Shown piece by piece: positions 42,603-53,248 of a stretch of 64,000 nucleotides of DNA. Position numbers and translations under genes: made by a program. Origin of the DNA: Minisyncoccota bacterium (lineage in GTDB: Bacteria; Patescibacteriota; Minisyncoccia; Phycocordibacterales; PALSA-1337); NCBI GenBank assembly GCA_041662725.1, contig JBAZRX010000004.1, forward strand, positions 2,668 to 66,667. Reading direction: 5' to 3'. The notes under the pieces are model-generated. The model had not been told where the DNA came from. It saw only the letters and a program-made list of their open reading frames with translations, and did not search any database. The first letter of the stretch is position 1. The number at the start of each line of letters is the position of its first letter.

Positions 42603-44195
42603 ATGACTACCACTTACCTCCCCACTATTGGTTTAGAAATTCATGCAGAATTAAAAACATTTTCTAAAATGTTTTGCTCTTGCAAAAATAATCCTGATGA
42701 AGAAAAAATAAATATAAATGTTTGTCCGATTTGCATGGGACATCCAGGCACATTACCTGTACCAAATATAGAAGCGATTCGTCACGTTCTTAAAGTTGGA
42801 CTCGCGGTAAACGGGACTCTCGCAGATTTTACAGAATGGGATCGTAAAAATTATTTTTATCCAGACATTCCTAAAGGCTATCAGATCAGTCAATTCAAAT
42901 ATCCACTCGTCTCTGGAGGTATTCTCGCTGGAGTAGAACTTGAACGTATTCACTTAGAAGAAGACACCGCTCAGTCTACTCATGACACTCACAAAAACAG
43001 TCTGGTTAATTTCAATCGCGCTGGTGTTCCCCTTCTTGAACTCGTTACCAAACCTGTCATCCATGATGCCGTGACTGCCGTCAACTTTGCAAAAGAACTT
43101 CAACTACTTCTTAGATATCTCGGCGCCGGTGATGCTAATATGGAAAAAGGTGAAATGCGAGTTGAAGCAAATATTTCTATTGCTCCCAAAACCTCGTCTG
43201 ATTTAGAAAAATCCCCTGCTGGATCTAGTGAGGCCTCCAAATCGCCAGAGAAATTTGATCTCCAAAAACTTGGTACAAAAACTGAGGTTAAAAATTTAAA
43301 CTCCTTTAAAGTTGTAGAAAAAGCTATCGCTTACGAAATTGAACGTCAGACTTCCCTATTAGAAGCTGGGGATAAAGTTATCCAAGAAACTCGTGGTTGG
43401 GATGAGAAACTTAACGAGACTTATTCTCAAAGAAAAAAAGAAGGTTCTCATGATTACCGCTATTTCCCTGAACCAGATATACCAAAATTCAAAATTTCCG
43501 AAATAAGCGAATTCTCAACAGATATCTTGAAAAAGGACATGGTTGAGCTCCCATGGATCAAACGTGATCGTTTCAAGAAAGATTTTGCTATGACAGACAA
43601 AGAAGTCTCCATGTTCATAGAATCACCTGAAATAGCTAACTATTTTGAAAAAGTTATAGAACCATTCAAAAATGATCTAAAAAGAGTAAAACTTTCAATT
43701 AACTACATATTATCTGATTATCTCGGAGCTTTAAACAAAAAAAGTGGCTCTTTTGATATTGAAACAATCAGTACACAGAACTTCTCTGAATTAATTCAAC
43801 TTATTGCTGATGCCAAAGTCTCATCTCGTGGAGCTAAGGATTTGATAGCAATTCTCCTTGAAACACCATCGGGATCTAATTATTCCGATAAATCCGCTTT
43901 AGGAGATCAAACTTCTGCGTCATCATTAAATAAGCCAGATCTAGAAGTTAAACCTCTTGAAATCACTTCCGTTTTCGAATTAGCCCAAAAACACGGTCTT
44001 ATTCAACAGAACAATACCGATGACCTTATTCCTGCTATAGAAAAGATAATCACCGAAAATGCCAACGTTGTTTCTGAATACAAAGCCGGTAAAGTTACTT
44101 CCCTTCAATTCCTTATTGGTCAAGCTATGAAAGCAACCAAAGGTTCAGCTAATCCTGAAATGGTTAAAAAAATACTATTAGAGAAATTAGTTTAG
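42603..44195 (+). CDS. gatB: Asp-tRNA(Asn)/Glu-tRNA(Gln) amidotransferase subunit B
   Basis: IGLEIHAEL, CPICMGHPGTLP, RKNYFYPD, IHLEED, DYRYFPEPD; start MTTTY. Confidence 0.97.
   Translation: MTTTYLPTIGLEIHAELKTFSKMFCSCKNNPDEEKININVCPICMGHPGTLPVPNIEAIRHVLKVGLAVNGTLADFTEWDRKNYFYPDIPKGYQISQFKYPLVSGGILAGVELERIHLEEDTAQSTHDTHKNSLVNFNRAGVPLLELVTKPVIHDAVTAVNFAKELQLLLRYLGAGDANMEKGEMRVEANISIAPKTSSDLEKSPAGSSEASKSPEKFDLQKLGTKTEVKNLNSFKVVEKAIAYEIERQTSLLEAGDKVIQETRGWDEKLNETYSQRKKEGSHDYRYFPEPDIPKFKISEISEFSTDILKKDMVELPWIKRDRFKKDFAMTDKEVSMFIESPEIANYFEKVIEPFKNDLKRVKLSINYILSDYLGALNKKSGSFDIETISTQNFSELIQLIADAKVSSRGAKDLIAILLETPSGSNYSDKSALGDQTSASSLNKPDLEVKPLEITSVFELAQKHGLIQQNNTDDLIPAIEKIITENANVVSEYKAGKVTSLQFLIGQAMKATKGSANPEMVKKILLEKLV
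43192..43237. repeat. degenerate long module inserted in gatB
   Basis: cctcgtctgatttagaaaaatcccctgctgg...gaggcctc; encodes TSSDLEKSPAGSSEAS. Confidence 0.6.
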
Positions 44196-44276
44196 TATTA
44201 AAGATTGTTAGAGCTTAGCGAATATTACTATTCACAACACTTGGTTGTAATTCAAACAATTGCACAATATGACAAT

Positions 44277-45269
44277 TTAAGAAATTAACCTCTTAGCAAT
44301 CTCTTCGCCTATTTTCTTTATAGATTCATCATCAAGCACCGTCACATCCAAAATATCTTGATTATACTTACTTAAAGCTTCGCGTGCAGACTTAATAGTT
44401 TCTGCATCAACTAGATCTGTTTTTGTAAGAATTATCACTTCTTTCTTTTCAGATAAACCATTACCATATTTTTCAAGCTCTTTTCTTATAGAAAGATAAG
44501 ACTCTACTTCGAGGCGAGGCCTCGAGGCCTCGCCTCGAGGCGAGGCCTCGATTAAATGCAGTAATATCTTCGTTCTTTTAACATGTTTCAAAAATTTATG
44601 ACCCAAACCTTTTCCTTCAGCCGCACCTTCTATAAGTCCAGGAAGATCCGCTAGGATAAAACCCCCTTTCAAAGCTCCAAGGTTTGGATCTAGTGTAGTA
44701 AATTGGTAACTACCAACTTTTGCATGAGCAGAAGTAAGAGCATTTAAAAGACTTGATTTACCTGCGTTTGGTAAACCGATAAGCCCAGCATCAGCGATAA
44801 GATCAAGCTCAACTTTGAAATCAGCTTCTTCTCCATTAACACCAGGTGTAGATTGTTCGGGACTAACATTAGTAGAAGCTTTGAAATATTCATTACCTAA
44901 GCCACCACGACCACCGTGAAGTATCTTAGAAACTTGTCCCTCTTCAACAAGATCAACTATACGTCCAGTTTTTGTATTTTCAATGACAGAACCGATCGGC
45001 AGGTCAATATAACAATCATCTCCTGTTTTACCTTGTTTACTTAAGTTTTGCCCGCTCTGACCATTTTCAGCTACGAATAGCTTGGTAGTTTTATGACGCG
45101 CCAAAATATTAATGTCACGAACAGCACGTATATAAACATCGCCACCTTTACCACCATTACCACCGGCCGCCCCAGCAAACTCTTTAAATTTTTCATGACG
45201 CCAACGAGCGACACCGTTGCCGCCATTTCCTGCTTTAGCATGGAATTGTATTTCATCAATTAATGCCAT
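44277..45269 (-). CDS. obgE: GTPase ObgE with repeat insertion
   Basis: Gly-rich Obg domain, GLPNAGKSS, FTTL, DLPGLIEG, TKTD. Confidence 0.97.
   Translation of the reverse strand: MALIDEIQFHAKAGNGGNGVARWRHEKFKEFAGAAGGNGGKGGDVYIRAVRDINILARHKTTKLFVAENGQSGQNLSKQGKTGDDCYIDLPIGSVIENTKTGRIVDLVEEGQVSKILHGGRGGLGNEYFKASTNVSPEQSTPGVNGEEADFKVELDLIADAGLIGLPNAGKSSLLNALTSAHAKVGSYQFTTLDPNLGALKGGFILADLPGLIEGAAEGKGLGHKFLKHVKRTKILLHLIEASPRGEASRPRLEVESYLSIRKELEKYGNGLSEKKEVIILTKTDLVDAETIKSAREALSKYNQDILDVTVLDDESIKKIGEEIAKRLIS
44511..44549. repeat. in-frame 3x13-nt array
   Basis: Encodes [13 protein letters not shown] after LLHLI. Confidence 0.95.
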
Positions 45270-45274
45270 ATATT

Positions 45275-46336
45275 TTATTCACCTTCTTTCAGATCAGTAA
45301 AAGATGTTCTGTATATTTCAAGTAAAGCAAACAACAGAGCAAGGATAAGCGGACCTAAAACGAATCCGACTGGTCCAAAAGTCACGATACCACCTAATAC
45401 GGAAATTAGAATAAGGAATGGATGAATATGCACACCTCTATTTACCAAATGAGGGCCAAGAATATTATCAATAAGACCAACAGCTAATAGACCCCACAAC
45501 ATAAGACCAATGGCATAAGTATAATTTCCAACAACCAATAAATATAAAATTCCTGGGATTATAACTAAACTAGTGCCAATACCTGGAATAAATGCCGCAA
45601 TTGAAGCCATAGTACCCCAAACTACTGGTGCTGGTATGCCAAATAGGAAAAACCCTAATCCTGTAAGAATACCTTGAATTATGGACACAACAGTCGTACC
45701 ACCAAAAACTGAAAGTACTGCACGCTTTAATGTTGTTGAGATGTATTCATCATGTTTATCAAGAAGTGGACTCCATGAAATAAATCTACGTTTTATCATT
45801 GCGCCGTCACGCAAGAAATAATACATTGTCAAAAGAAAGACGAATGCATAAGCGCCTACCTTGGCAATACTAGTGAAAATACTATCCAAATTACCAAATA
45901 CCCAAATAAGAGCATCTTTCAAATAATTAGTGATATTGAGTGAGTCAAAACTATAAGCAGGAAATAGATTAAAAAGTTTATCAGAAATAGCTTGTGAAAG
46001 TGAATTCATACCACTTATAACAGCCGAACGGCCTGATTCATCAGTTAATACAACATAAAGAGACTGAACTTCAGAATACATTCGCGCGAGTATGAACGAT
46101 AACGGTACTAAAATAACTATAATGACTATAAGTACCGTAGCTAAAGCCGAAATGTTATCACGCCATTTACCATTACCGATAGAAAAACAGATTCCTCTGT
46201 ATATCGGGTACACGATAATAGATGCCGCAATACCTAAAATAATAGGTGTCAAAAAAGGCAAAAATATCATGATTGATGCCACCACCGCACAAAGTAATAA
46301 TATGAAGAAAAAGTATGAGGATATACGTGAAGTCAT
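45275..46336 (-). CDS. AI-2E family transporter
   Basis: Multi-TM; YYFLRDG, FIPGIG, IDNILGP, GFVLGP. Confidence 0.9.
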   Translation of the reverse strand: MTSRISSYFFFILLLCAVVASIMIFLPFLTPIILGIAASIIVYPIYRGICFSIGNGKWRDNISALATVLIVIIVILVPLSFILARMYSEVQSLYVVLTDESGRSAVISGMNSLSQAISDKLFNLFPAYSFDSLNITNYLKDALIWVFGNLDSIFTSIAKVGAYAFVFLLTMYYFLRDGAMIKRRFISWSPLLDKHDEYISTTLKRAVLSVFGGTTVVSIIQGILTGLGFFLFGIPAPVVWGTMASIAAFIPGIGTSLVIIPGILYLLVVGNYTYAIGLMLWGLLAVGLIDNILGPHLVNRGVHIHPFLILISVLGGIVTFGPVGFVLGPLILALLFALLEIYRTSFTDLKEGE

Positions 46337-46390
46337 TAAATATATCTTAACATACATATTCAATTTTGGAAACAAGTGTATAACTTATAA

Positions 46391-47149
46391 CTAATGTGTA
46401 TAACTATATAAATAAGCTTCTTTTAGCTTTTTCAAAATCTGCGCTGGTTGTTCTTCAATTGAAAGGTTCTTTATCTGTAAATTAGAAATCGCTTCTCTTT
46501 TTGATTCACCGAAGACAAAAGCATACGCAATAGAAATTTTTAAAAGGGCTTTTGGAGTTAATGTAATTCTTGTAAACGGCGGTGCTGTGTATGAAAAAGT
46601 TGTATTCAAACTTTTAACTGCTGACGAATTTGGTAAGATCCCTGCGATATGTCCATCTGGACCGATACCAAATTGACCAATGACAATATCGTTTCCATTA
46701 ATAATCTCGCTGGTTGATGAATTCTCCAATGGAATCACCTCGCCAACCGGCAAAGAATCTGTTTTACTAATCGGCGAAATTGGCAAACTAAAAGCTCTTT
46801 CAATATTTTTAGAAAATTCATTCACTGTTTCTTCAAGTGAAAGATTTTTAAGCACAGGTAAAGTTTGAATACCAGAAAAATCAAAGCCAGCAAGCATTAA
46901 CTGTTCCCAATTGGAATCTTTATGACCAACAGGACCGAAACGTTCGTCAGTCAAAGTTACAGTTAAATTATTCATTAATTTTTCTGACACTTGCTTACGA
47001 ACTATTTTCATAACTTCAACAGAGATTGGAATATTTGTTCCACCAGGAACAAGCCACAGAACTTTTTTGTCTTTACACAACAAACCGCCGATTTGACTTG
47101 CAAAAGCTTTAATACCTTCCGCCGGTGATTGTGTAGTGATGAAGACCAT
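46391..47149 (-). CDS. 6-phosphogluconolactonase / glucosamine-6P isomerase family
   Basis: PGGT, DERFGP..H.DSN, GIGPDGHIAG, RITLT; adjacent to gnd. Confidence 0.8.
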   Translation of the reverse strand: MVFITTQSPAEGIKAFASQIGGLLCKDKKVLWLVPGGTNIPISVEVMKIVRKQVSEKLMNNLTVTLTDERFGPVGHKDSNWEQLMLAGFDFSGIQTLPVLKNLSLEETVNEFSKNIERAFSLPISPISKTDSLPVGEVIPLENSSTSEIINGNDIVIGQFGIGPDGHIAGILPNSSAVKSLNTTFSYTAPPFTRITLTPKALLKISIAYAFVFGESKREAISNLQIKNLSIEEQPAQILKKLKEAYLYSYTH

Positions 47150-47162
47150 TTTTAAGAATTGA

Positions 47163-47368
47163 ACAATTGCACAATATAACAATTATAAAATTACACAATA
47201 TGACAATTCAACAATTAAACAATGGGTAATTCATGATTTAATTGTTAAATTGTGTAATTGTTCAATTGTCCTATTGTTAAATTGTGCAATTGTCATATTG
47301 TGTAATTTTATAATTGTTATATTGTCCTATTGTTTAATTGTCATATTGTTTAATTTTATAATTGTTAA
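47163..47368. repeat. ACAAT/ATTGT period-8 repeat tract with a 38-bp perfect inverted repeat
   Basis: 47171-47208 is the exact reverse complement of 47288-47325. Confidence 0.85.
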
Positions 47369-47371
47369 ATT

Positions 47372-48325
47372 TTAATGGACCGCGTGCCCACCAAATTGCT
47401 TACGCATTAAAGCTACAATCTTATTGGAATATTTCTTTTGATTCTTCGGATCAACTGACTCTTTTCTTACATTCACAGAATCTTCAATAACCCGCACATC
47501 AACACCGAATTCTTTACCGGCATTTACAGTCCACTCCCCTTCACCATTGGAATCAATTTTTCCTGATGTCTTTTCAATATTTTCTGTCTCAAATATATTT
47601 CTACATAAATCTATCAACCATGATCTTACTACTGAACCTTTCTGATACACACGAGTAACGTCAGCCAAATCAAGTTTGAAAGGACTAGCTTTGAGTACAC
47701 CATAACCTTCCGCTATTGCTTCCATCATGCCATATTCCATACCATTGTGAACCATTTTAACGAAATGACCGGCACCAGCTGATCCGCAATAAGCAAAGTT
47801 ATCTCCAGCAGAAAGAGCTTGAATAAAAGGTTTGATAGTATTCCACTTCTCTTTAGGCCCGCCAACCATTAAGGCAAAACCATTTTTTTCACCCCAGACA
47901 CCACCAGAGGTACCACAATCAAAATAATGAATACCTTTCTTCTTCATTTTACCAGCACGACGAATACTATCTTTATAAAACGAATTACCACCGTCAATAA
48001 CAATGTCACCTTTTCTAAGATGTGGCCCCAATTGATTTTTGCCGAAAAGAAATTCTTCAATGATTGCATGTGGCAACATTATCCAGAAAATACGTGGCGA
48101 TTTAATTGATAAAGATTTACTAGTTTTAGCACCAAAACCTGCTGTACCTTTATTTACCGCTTCTTCAATAATATTAGTACCAAAAATTCCGAACTTCTTA
48201 ATCTCTTTTACAGGATCAGGAGATCTATTCCAAGCAATGACTTGAAAACCATTTTTATGGAGCCTACGCGCTATTTGTGCACCCATTCTACCTAAACCAA
48301 AAATTGTAATTGTTTTTTTATTCAT
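47372..48325 (-). CDS. gnd: 6-phosphogluconate dehydrogenase (short form)
   Basis: GLGRMG, DGGNS, GTSGGVWG, GAGHFVKMVHNGMEY, MRKQFGGH. Confidence 0.95.
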   Translation of the reverse strand: MNKKTITIFGLGRMGAQIARRLHKNGFQVIAWNRSPDPVKEIKKFGIFGTNIIEEAVNKGTAGFGAKTSKSLSIKSPRIFWIMLPHAIIEEFLFGKNQLGPHLRKGDIVIDGGNSFYKDSIRRAGKMKKKGIHYFDCGTSGGVWGEKNGFALMVGGPKEKWNTIKPFIQALSAGDNFAYCGSAGAGHFVKMVHNGMEYGMMEAIAEGYGVLKASPFKLDLADVTRVYQKGSVVRSWLIDLCRNIFETENIEKTSGKIDSNGEGEWTVNAGKEFGVDVRVIEDSVNVRKESVDPKNQKKYSNKIVALMRKQFGGHAVH

Positions 48326-48394
48326 ATTTTAAGTATAACAGAGATAATATGAGGAGGGCTACCCTCAAGAGCTACCCTCTGCTATGATATGAAC

Positions 48395-49321
48395 ATGAAC
48401 AAAATCCCCGAAATAAAACCTACCAAGAGTTTCCTTAGTAAATACGCTACTATAGAGATTATTTCAATTATTACTCTAATCCTAATCGCTTCTGCCGGTT
48501 ATGAATTCTATACTCTTTCAAGCAAAATCAATTCCCTGTCGCAGAATCTGGATTCTTTAGAAACAAGATACGCCTCTACTACCGAAACATTAAAAAATGC
48601 CATAACGCAAACCCGCACAGAATTTTCAACTGCCTTAAGTCAAAATGTTGGAGATATATCCAGTAAATTAGGTGCATATCAAAGTCAGGTCGGCAGTATT
48701 ACTAGTACAGTAAGTACTTTACAAAAACTCAGCAAAGTAGACAAAGAACTACTGCAAAAATATTCAAAAGTATTTTTCTTAAATGAATATTATGCTCCAG
48801 CACGATTCGCAGAAATACCAGATGCTTACAAATACAGTGATTCGAAAACACTCAAAGTAGAAATCCATGTTTTACCTTTCTTGAAAAGAATGATTGACGA
48901 TGCCGCTAAAGAAAATATAAATTTGTATGTCTCTTCTGCCTTTCGTTCTTTCAGTGAGCAAAGTTCTCTTAAAGGTCAATATAAAGTAATCTATGGGGCG
49001 GGCACAGCTAATTCTTTTTCAGCGGATCAAGGATATTCGGAACATCAATTAGGTACTACAGTTGATCTAACCACTGTTGGTCTTAATGGAAATCTTGATG
49101 GTTTTGAAAACACAAAGGCTTATACATGGCTTCTTGCTAATGCCTATCGTTATGGCTTCATTCTTTCATATCCACAAAACAACAATTACTTCGTCTTTGA
49201 ACCATGGCATTGGCGTTTCGTTGGTGTGATACTTGCGACTGACTTACGTAACGGTAATAAAAACTTCTACGATATGGATCAACGTAATATTGATGAGTAT
49301 TTAGTTTCGTTGTTTGATTAG
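48395..49321 (+). CDS. M15B (VanY-like) D-Ala-D-Ala carboxypeptidase
   Basis: SAFRS, SEHQLGTTVD, EPWHWRF; N-terminal TM plus coiled coil. Confidence 0.9.
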   Translation: MNKIPEIKPTKSFLSKYATIEIISIITLILIASAGYEFYTLSSKINSLSQNLDSLETRYASTTETLKNAITQTRTEFSTALSQNVGDISSKLGAYQSQVGSITSTVSTLQKLSKVDKELLQKYSKVFFLNEYYAPARFAEIPDAYKYSDSKTLKVEIHVLPFLKRMIDDAAKENINLYVSSAFRSFSEQSSLKGQYKVIYGAGTANSFSADQGYSEHQLGTTVDLTTVGLNGNLDGFENTKAYTWLLANAYRYGFILSYPQNNNYFVFEPWHWRFVGVILATDLRNGNKNFYDMDQRNIDEYLVSLFD

Positions 49322-49515
49322 ATACAAAATCAAAATATTTGATTAGATACAAAATAATTGGAAATTATATGCTTATTGCATTACTTGCATAATTAGGTTA
49401 ATTTGATTTCTTGTTACTTTTCATAAAATTAAATACGCTGTCCTCGCATTTTGTATCATAACTAAGTATTAAAAAAGTGAGCATTTCTGCCCACTTTTGA
49501 AACTAATAAATATTC

Positions 49516-50250
49516 CTATTTATTAGTCTGATCTTGTACATTATGTGAAAATAGTGCAGCAAGTTCTTGCGCACCAGCTTGCTCTTTTGCTTTACGCGTC
49601 AAGAACTCTCTTCCCTTGCCAACATCGGTATTGATCGGAACACCTTGAGAACAAAGCGGGCAACCCACTTCATCCCAAGATTCCAATTTGATATTGGTAA
49701 GTGCAAATAATTTAGGAACGTTACCGACATCAGCCGGAACAATGCCTCCACGATTACATAGAACTCCAAGGCCGACAACTTCACCACCGATGGCACGTAC
49801 AGCTTCTATGACATTTTTAGCAGAGCCACCCGTAGTCAAGATATCCTCAACAACAAGCACTCGCTTACCTTTGATATATTTGTCGTAGCCACGTTTGATG
49901 ACAAATGTACCATCGGGATCTTTTTCAGCGTAGACTGCATGAATAGTTTCACCTTTGAACGCCGACATCCAGTAAGCTGTCCATTGAGAGAGAATGACAC
50001 CGCCAATAGCTGGTGCGATAATCACATCAATTTCTTCATCTTCAAATTCGGTTGCAATTTCTGCACACAAATCGGAAATGATTGACGTATCCGGATAAAC
50101 TGCATCCTTATTAACATAGGCTAAGCCATGTCTGCCTGACGTGTAGACAATATGACTATCAGTGATAATTGCTCCAACACCTGTCAGAATTTCTAACACT
50201 TGTTTTTCTCGTTTTTTCTGTTCTTCCTGTTTTTCCTGTTTCTCATTCAT
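49516..50250 (-). CDS. pyrE: orotate phosphoribosyltransferase
   Basis: TSGRH, VLVVEDILTTGGS; directly downstream of pyrF. Confidence 0.88.
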   Translation of the reverse strand: MNEKQEKQEEQKKREKQVLEILTGVGAIITDSHIVYTSGRHGLAYVNKDAVYPDTSIISDLCAEIATEFEDEEIDVIIAPAIGGVILSQWTAYWMSAFKGETIHAVYAEKDPDGTFVIKRGYDKYIKGKRVLVVEDILTTGGSAKNVIEAVRAIGGEVVGLGVLCNRGGIVPADVGNVPKLFALTNIKLESWDEVGCPLCSQGVPINTDVGKGREFLTRKAKEQAGAQELAALFSHNVQDQTNK

Positions 50251-50976
50251 TTATTTTATCCTTTCTAGCGCCGCCGCTATTTCTTCAGCAATGCGTTTGA
50301 CGGCATCAACTGAATTTCCAATCTCTGTTGGAGGTTTAGTGATAGGACGACCAATGACAAGTTTTGTGGCACCTGCCGCAATAGCATCGCCAGGAGTCAT
50401 AATTCTCTTTTGATCTCCAACAGCCGCCCAACTTGGACGCACACCTGGAACCACTTTGGAAAGTCCTTCTAATTCTTTTTGTTTTCCAAGAAGTTCAATT
50501 TCCTGTGGCGAACAAATGATACCGTCAACTCCGGCCAACTTGGCATCTCGTGCAAATTGGAGAACTTTAGCCTTACTTGGCGAGCCGAAGATAAGATTGA
50601 TATTATTTTCTTCAAGCGAAGTTAGGACCGTAACAGCCAAAACTTGGGAATTCCCCTTGTTTTTAACCGCCGCTATCATAGCTTCAATACCTGATGAAGC
50701 ATGAACATTAAACATGGCAACACCGAGTTTGCTTGCCGCTGTAGCCGCTTCACCGATAGTGTTGGGGATATCATTAAACTTTCCATCAAGAAAGACCTTC
50801 CCACCAAGTTTATGAATAAATTCCACAACCTGTGGAGTGCCAACTGAAGTGATCAATTGAAGACCAACTTTGAAACAACCAACATGCGAAGCAAGGGTTT
50901 CTATAAGAGCCTTTGCTTCGTCCAAGGTGCTTACATCCAAAGCAACGATGATCCTACTATTTACATCTACATTCAC
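50251..50976 (-). CDS. pyrF: orotidine-5'-phosphate decarboxylase
   Basis: IVALD, FKVG, DGKFNDIPNT, VTVLTS, PGVRP, GRPIT. Confidence 0.95.
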   Translation of the reverse strand: MNVDVNSRIIVALDVSTLDEAKALIETLASHVGCFKVGLQLITSVGTPQVVEFIHKLGGKVFLDGKFNDIPNTIGEAATAASKLGVAMFNVHASSGIEAMIAAVKNKGNSQVLAVTVLTSLEENNINLIFGSPSKAKVLQFARDAKLAGVDGIICSPQEIELLGKQKELEGLSKVVPGVRPSWAAVGDQKRIMTPGDAIAAGATKLVIGRPITKPPTEIGNSVDAVKRIAEEIAAALERIK

Positions 50977-51194
50977 GTGTTTTTCCTTTCATTTGCTAAT
51001 TTTTATGACAAATAACTATTTAAGATAAGAATACAATTAAACTGGGTATTGTCAATAGCGCATTGATTTTCAAACTATTCGAAGCTGAAGATGTGAGAGA
51101 TTACCTCCATTGACTTCCTTTTCCAAGAGAGTAGCTTTAGTACTAGATAATAGAGTCTCGTCACAGCACGGGACATAACAATAAGGATAGTTCT

Positions 51195-52259
51195 ATGACA
51201 ACTGAAAATACATCTGGATTAGAAATAAAAAACACTGAAGAAATTACAACTCATCCTCTTTTATTAAAAAGGATTAGACCAATTTGTAATTGGTCAGAAT
51301 GGCTAGAGTTCTGGCAAAAAGCCACTACTTCTGATGAAATGATACAACTTCTTGATATTGGCCTTGATAAACCTCTAGATCGACACAATAATGATGAGCA
51401 AATCGACCGTATTATTTTCTATTTGAAAATTGCTGACGGTTGGACCAATCATTTTAATCTAAGAGACTTCGGAGAGGATAATAGAGAGTACCACATGGGC
51501 TGGGATGAAAATGGTAATGCCATCATGAAATCACGAAGTGAATTGTGTCAAAATATCGCCACAAAAGCCTTCGAAATGCTCTGTTTGAAATTCTTCAAAC
51601 TTGAACGTGTCAATTGCTACCACAGTAAAAAACCTAATGAGTTTTTCTGGAGCATCCTTGATGATGAAAATGGTAAGCTTTTTTTGGCCATTATGCACTT
51701 CTTCCGGACTGAAGAAAAGTATGGACCGGGAGATGAGAATGTGTACATTTGTAACTTAAATGGACACATTGAACCAGAAAAAGAAAATATGGCCACCAGT
51801 TTTATCATTAAATTAATCAATTTCCTCTTGGACTGGAAAGAACCGCTCATAGCAAGTTGGAAAAGAGATCCTGAAAAAATAGTGCTCACTGAGCAAAATA
51901 CCAGGATACGCAATATCATAAATAATGCGAAGCCACAAATTGTTGAGATTCTTTCCAGTTTAAACAGATTAGATATTCTGGAAAAATATATTCTTGATTT
52001 TGACGACTTGATTCTGGACAAGCTTAAGGAAATATCCTTACGCAAAGAATTAAAATCATATTCTCAACCAATCAAAGATACCAGGAAGGCTCTCGATCTT
52101 GAAGAAGCTTGTCTAGCAGGATCAAAAACTGCGCTACTCCTCTTGCGTTACGGAATTTCCAAAAAAGCACATTGTAAACTCATTGAAATCCGTGAGGCGG
52201 AAATAGCAAAGGAAATTGCTGAGCAAGAACTTAAAGAGTTAACATCTTCTACTAAATAA
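51195..52259 (+). CDS. hypothetical protein
   Basis: 354 aa ORF with SD, own promoter-like region and downstream hairpin terminator. Confidence 0.7.
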   Translation: MTTENTSGLEIKNTEEITTHPLLLKRIRPICNWSEWLEFWQKATTSDEMIQLLDIGLDKPLDRHNNDEQIDRIIFYLKIADGWTNHFNLRDFGEDNREYHMGWDENGNAIMKSRSELCQNIATKAFEMLCLKFFKLERVNCYHSKKPNEFFWSILDDENGKLFLAIMHFFRTEEKYGPGDENVYICNLNGHIEPEKENMATSFIIKLINFLLDWKEPLIASWKRDPEKIVLTEQNTRIRNIINNAKPQIVEILSSLNRLDILEKYILDFDDLILDKLKEISLRKELKSYSQPIKDTRKALDLEEACLAGSKTALLLLRYGISKKAHCKLIEIREAEIAKEIAEQELKELTSSTK

Positions 52260-52296
52260 CTTATATTTACAGAAAATAACCTTGTAACAGTAACAC

Positions 52297-52328
52297 CCGC
52301 AGAACTACTAAAGTTCTGCGGTTTTTTA
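52297..52328 (+). terminator. intrinsic terminator
   Basis: ccgcagaact-acta-aagttctgcgg plus T-run. Confidence 0.75.
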
Positions 52329-52353
52329 ATCATGGCAAAATTTAAGTTCACTA

Positions 52354-52965
52354 TTAAAGATTAACCACTTGTTCTGCAAAGAATTTCTTTATATCTTCCC
52401 ATTCCACAGGAATAATCATATTTGGCGTAGGATCATCTTTAGTATCGTCAAAATACACCATACTTTTCTTAATATGCATCATATTGTATTTCACCGTTGC
52501 ATATTTCTGTTCAAATAATTCTAAAATTGAAGTCATTGGTATCTTTTTTGCAATAAAATATAGATCAATAAAATCACGTTTCGTACCCCGACTTGAAAGC
52601 GCATCAAGTTTCATGCAAGCAATATCTTCAATTGAAGCAATTCTGACTCCATTATGTTCCATGCAGGAATTTAATATCGGATACTTATAGCCAAGAAAAG
52701 AGAATTTAACTTCATCAAGTGTACCAGTTATAGATTGTGATGACCTTTGTATCACTTCAAGATCTCCAATAGATGATAGTTTACTTATAAGATCAATTTC
52801 ATTAAATTCCTTTTCTGTGAAGAAATCTAGATCAACTGAAATCCTATGCCCTATCTGTAAAGCTAATCCTGTTCCGCCAGCAAGATAGAAATCAGATAAC
52901 CAAGAAACTTTAGAAAGTTTATCTAAAAGCACCTTTGTTGATTTAGCAAGTGTTTCTTCGTGCAT
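52354..52965 (-). CDS. AbiEii/AbiGii-type nucleotidyltransferase toxin
   Basis: FYLAGGTGLALQIGHRISVDLDFF; K..ALSSRGTKRDFIDLY. Confidence 0.9.
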   Translation of the reverse strand: MHEETLAKSTKVLLDKLSKVSWLSDFYLAGGTGLALQIGHRISVDLDFFTEKEFNEIDLISKLSSIGDLEVIQRSSQSITGTLDEVKFSFLGYKYPILNSCMEHNGVRIASIEDIACMKLDALSSRGTKRDFIDLYFIAKKIPMTSILELFEQKYATVKYNMMHIKKSMVYFDDTKDDPTPNMIIPVEWEDIKKFFAEQVVNL

Positions 52966-52968
52966 ATT

Positions 52969-53202
52969 TTAGGTTATAAGATAACGAAGTTTCCAATAAT
53001 TTCGACTCTTGGAAGACAGTGATCTAGCAGACTTAACAACATTTATCAAGTCTTCTAAAGAATATGCCTGTTCAAGCCACTTTACAGCAATTTCATCACC
53101 CATTTCTAGAAGTCTAGAAATGATATAACTTTTATTAGCCTCTCGATCGATAGTATCGAACTTTGCATCCCAGAAAAACTTTTTTAACGGAGTCGGTAAC
53201 AT
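52969..53202 (-). CDS. small cognate antitoxin-like protein (DUF6922-like)
   Basis: FFWD...YIISRLLEMGD..AVKWL; start MLPTP 6 nt after TGgTATAAT. Confidence 0.75.
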   Translation of the reverse strand: MLPTPLKKFFWDAKFDTIDREANKSYIISRLLEMGDEIAVKWLEQAYSLEDLINVVKSARSLSSKSRNYWKLRYLIT

Positions 53203-53248
53203 GACATTATTATACCATATTTTTGAGTAAAAATGTTGACTGATAGTC

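Noticed and set aside
49381-49410. dif-like site (acttgcataa / ttaggttaatt)
   Set aside because: The putative XerC and XerD arms lack the required 6-bp spacer.
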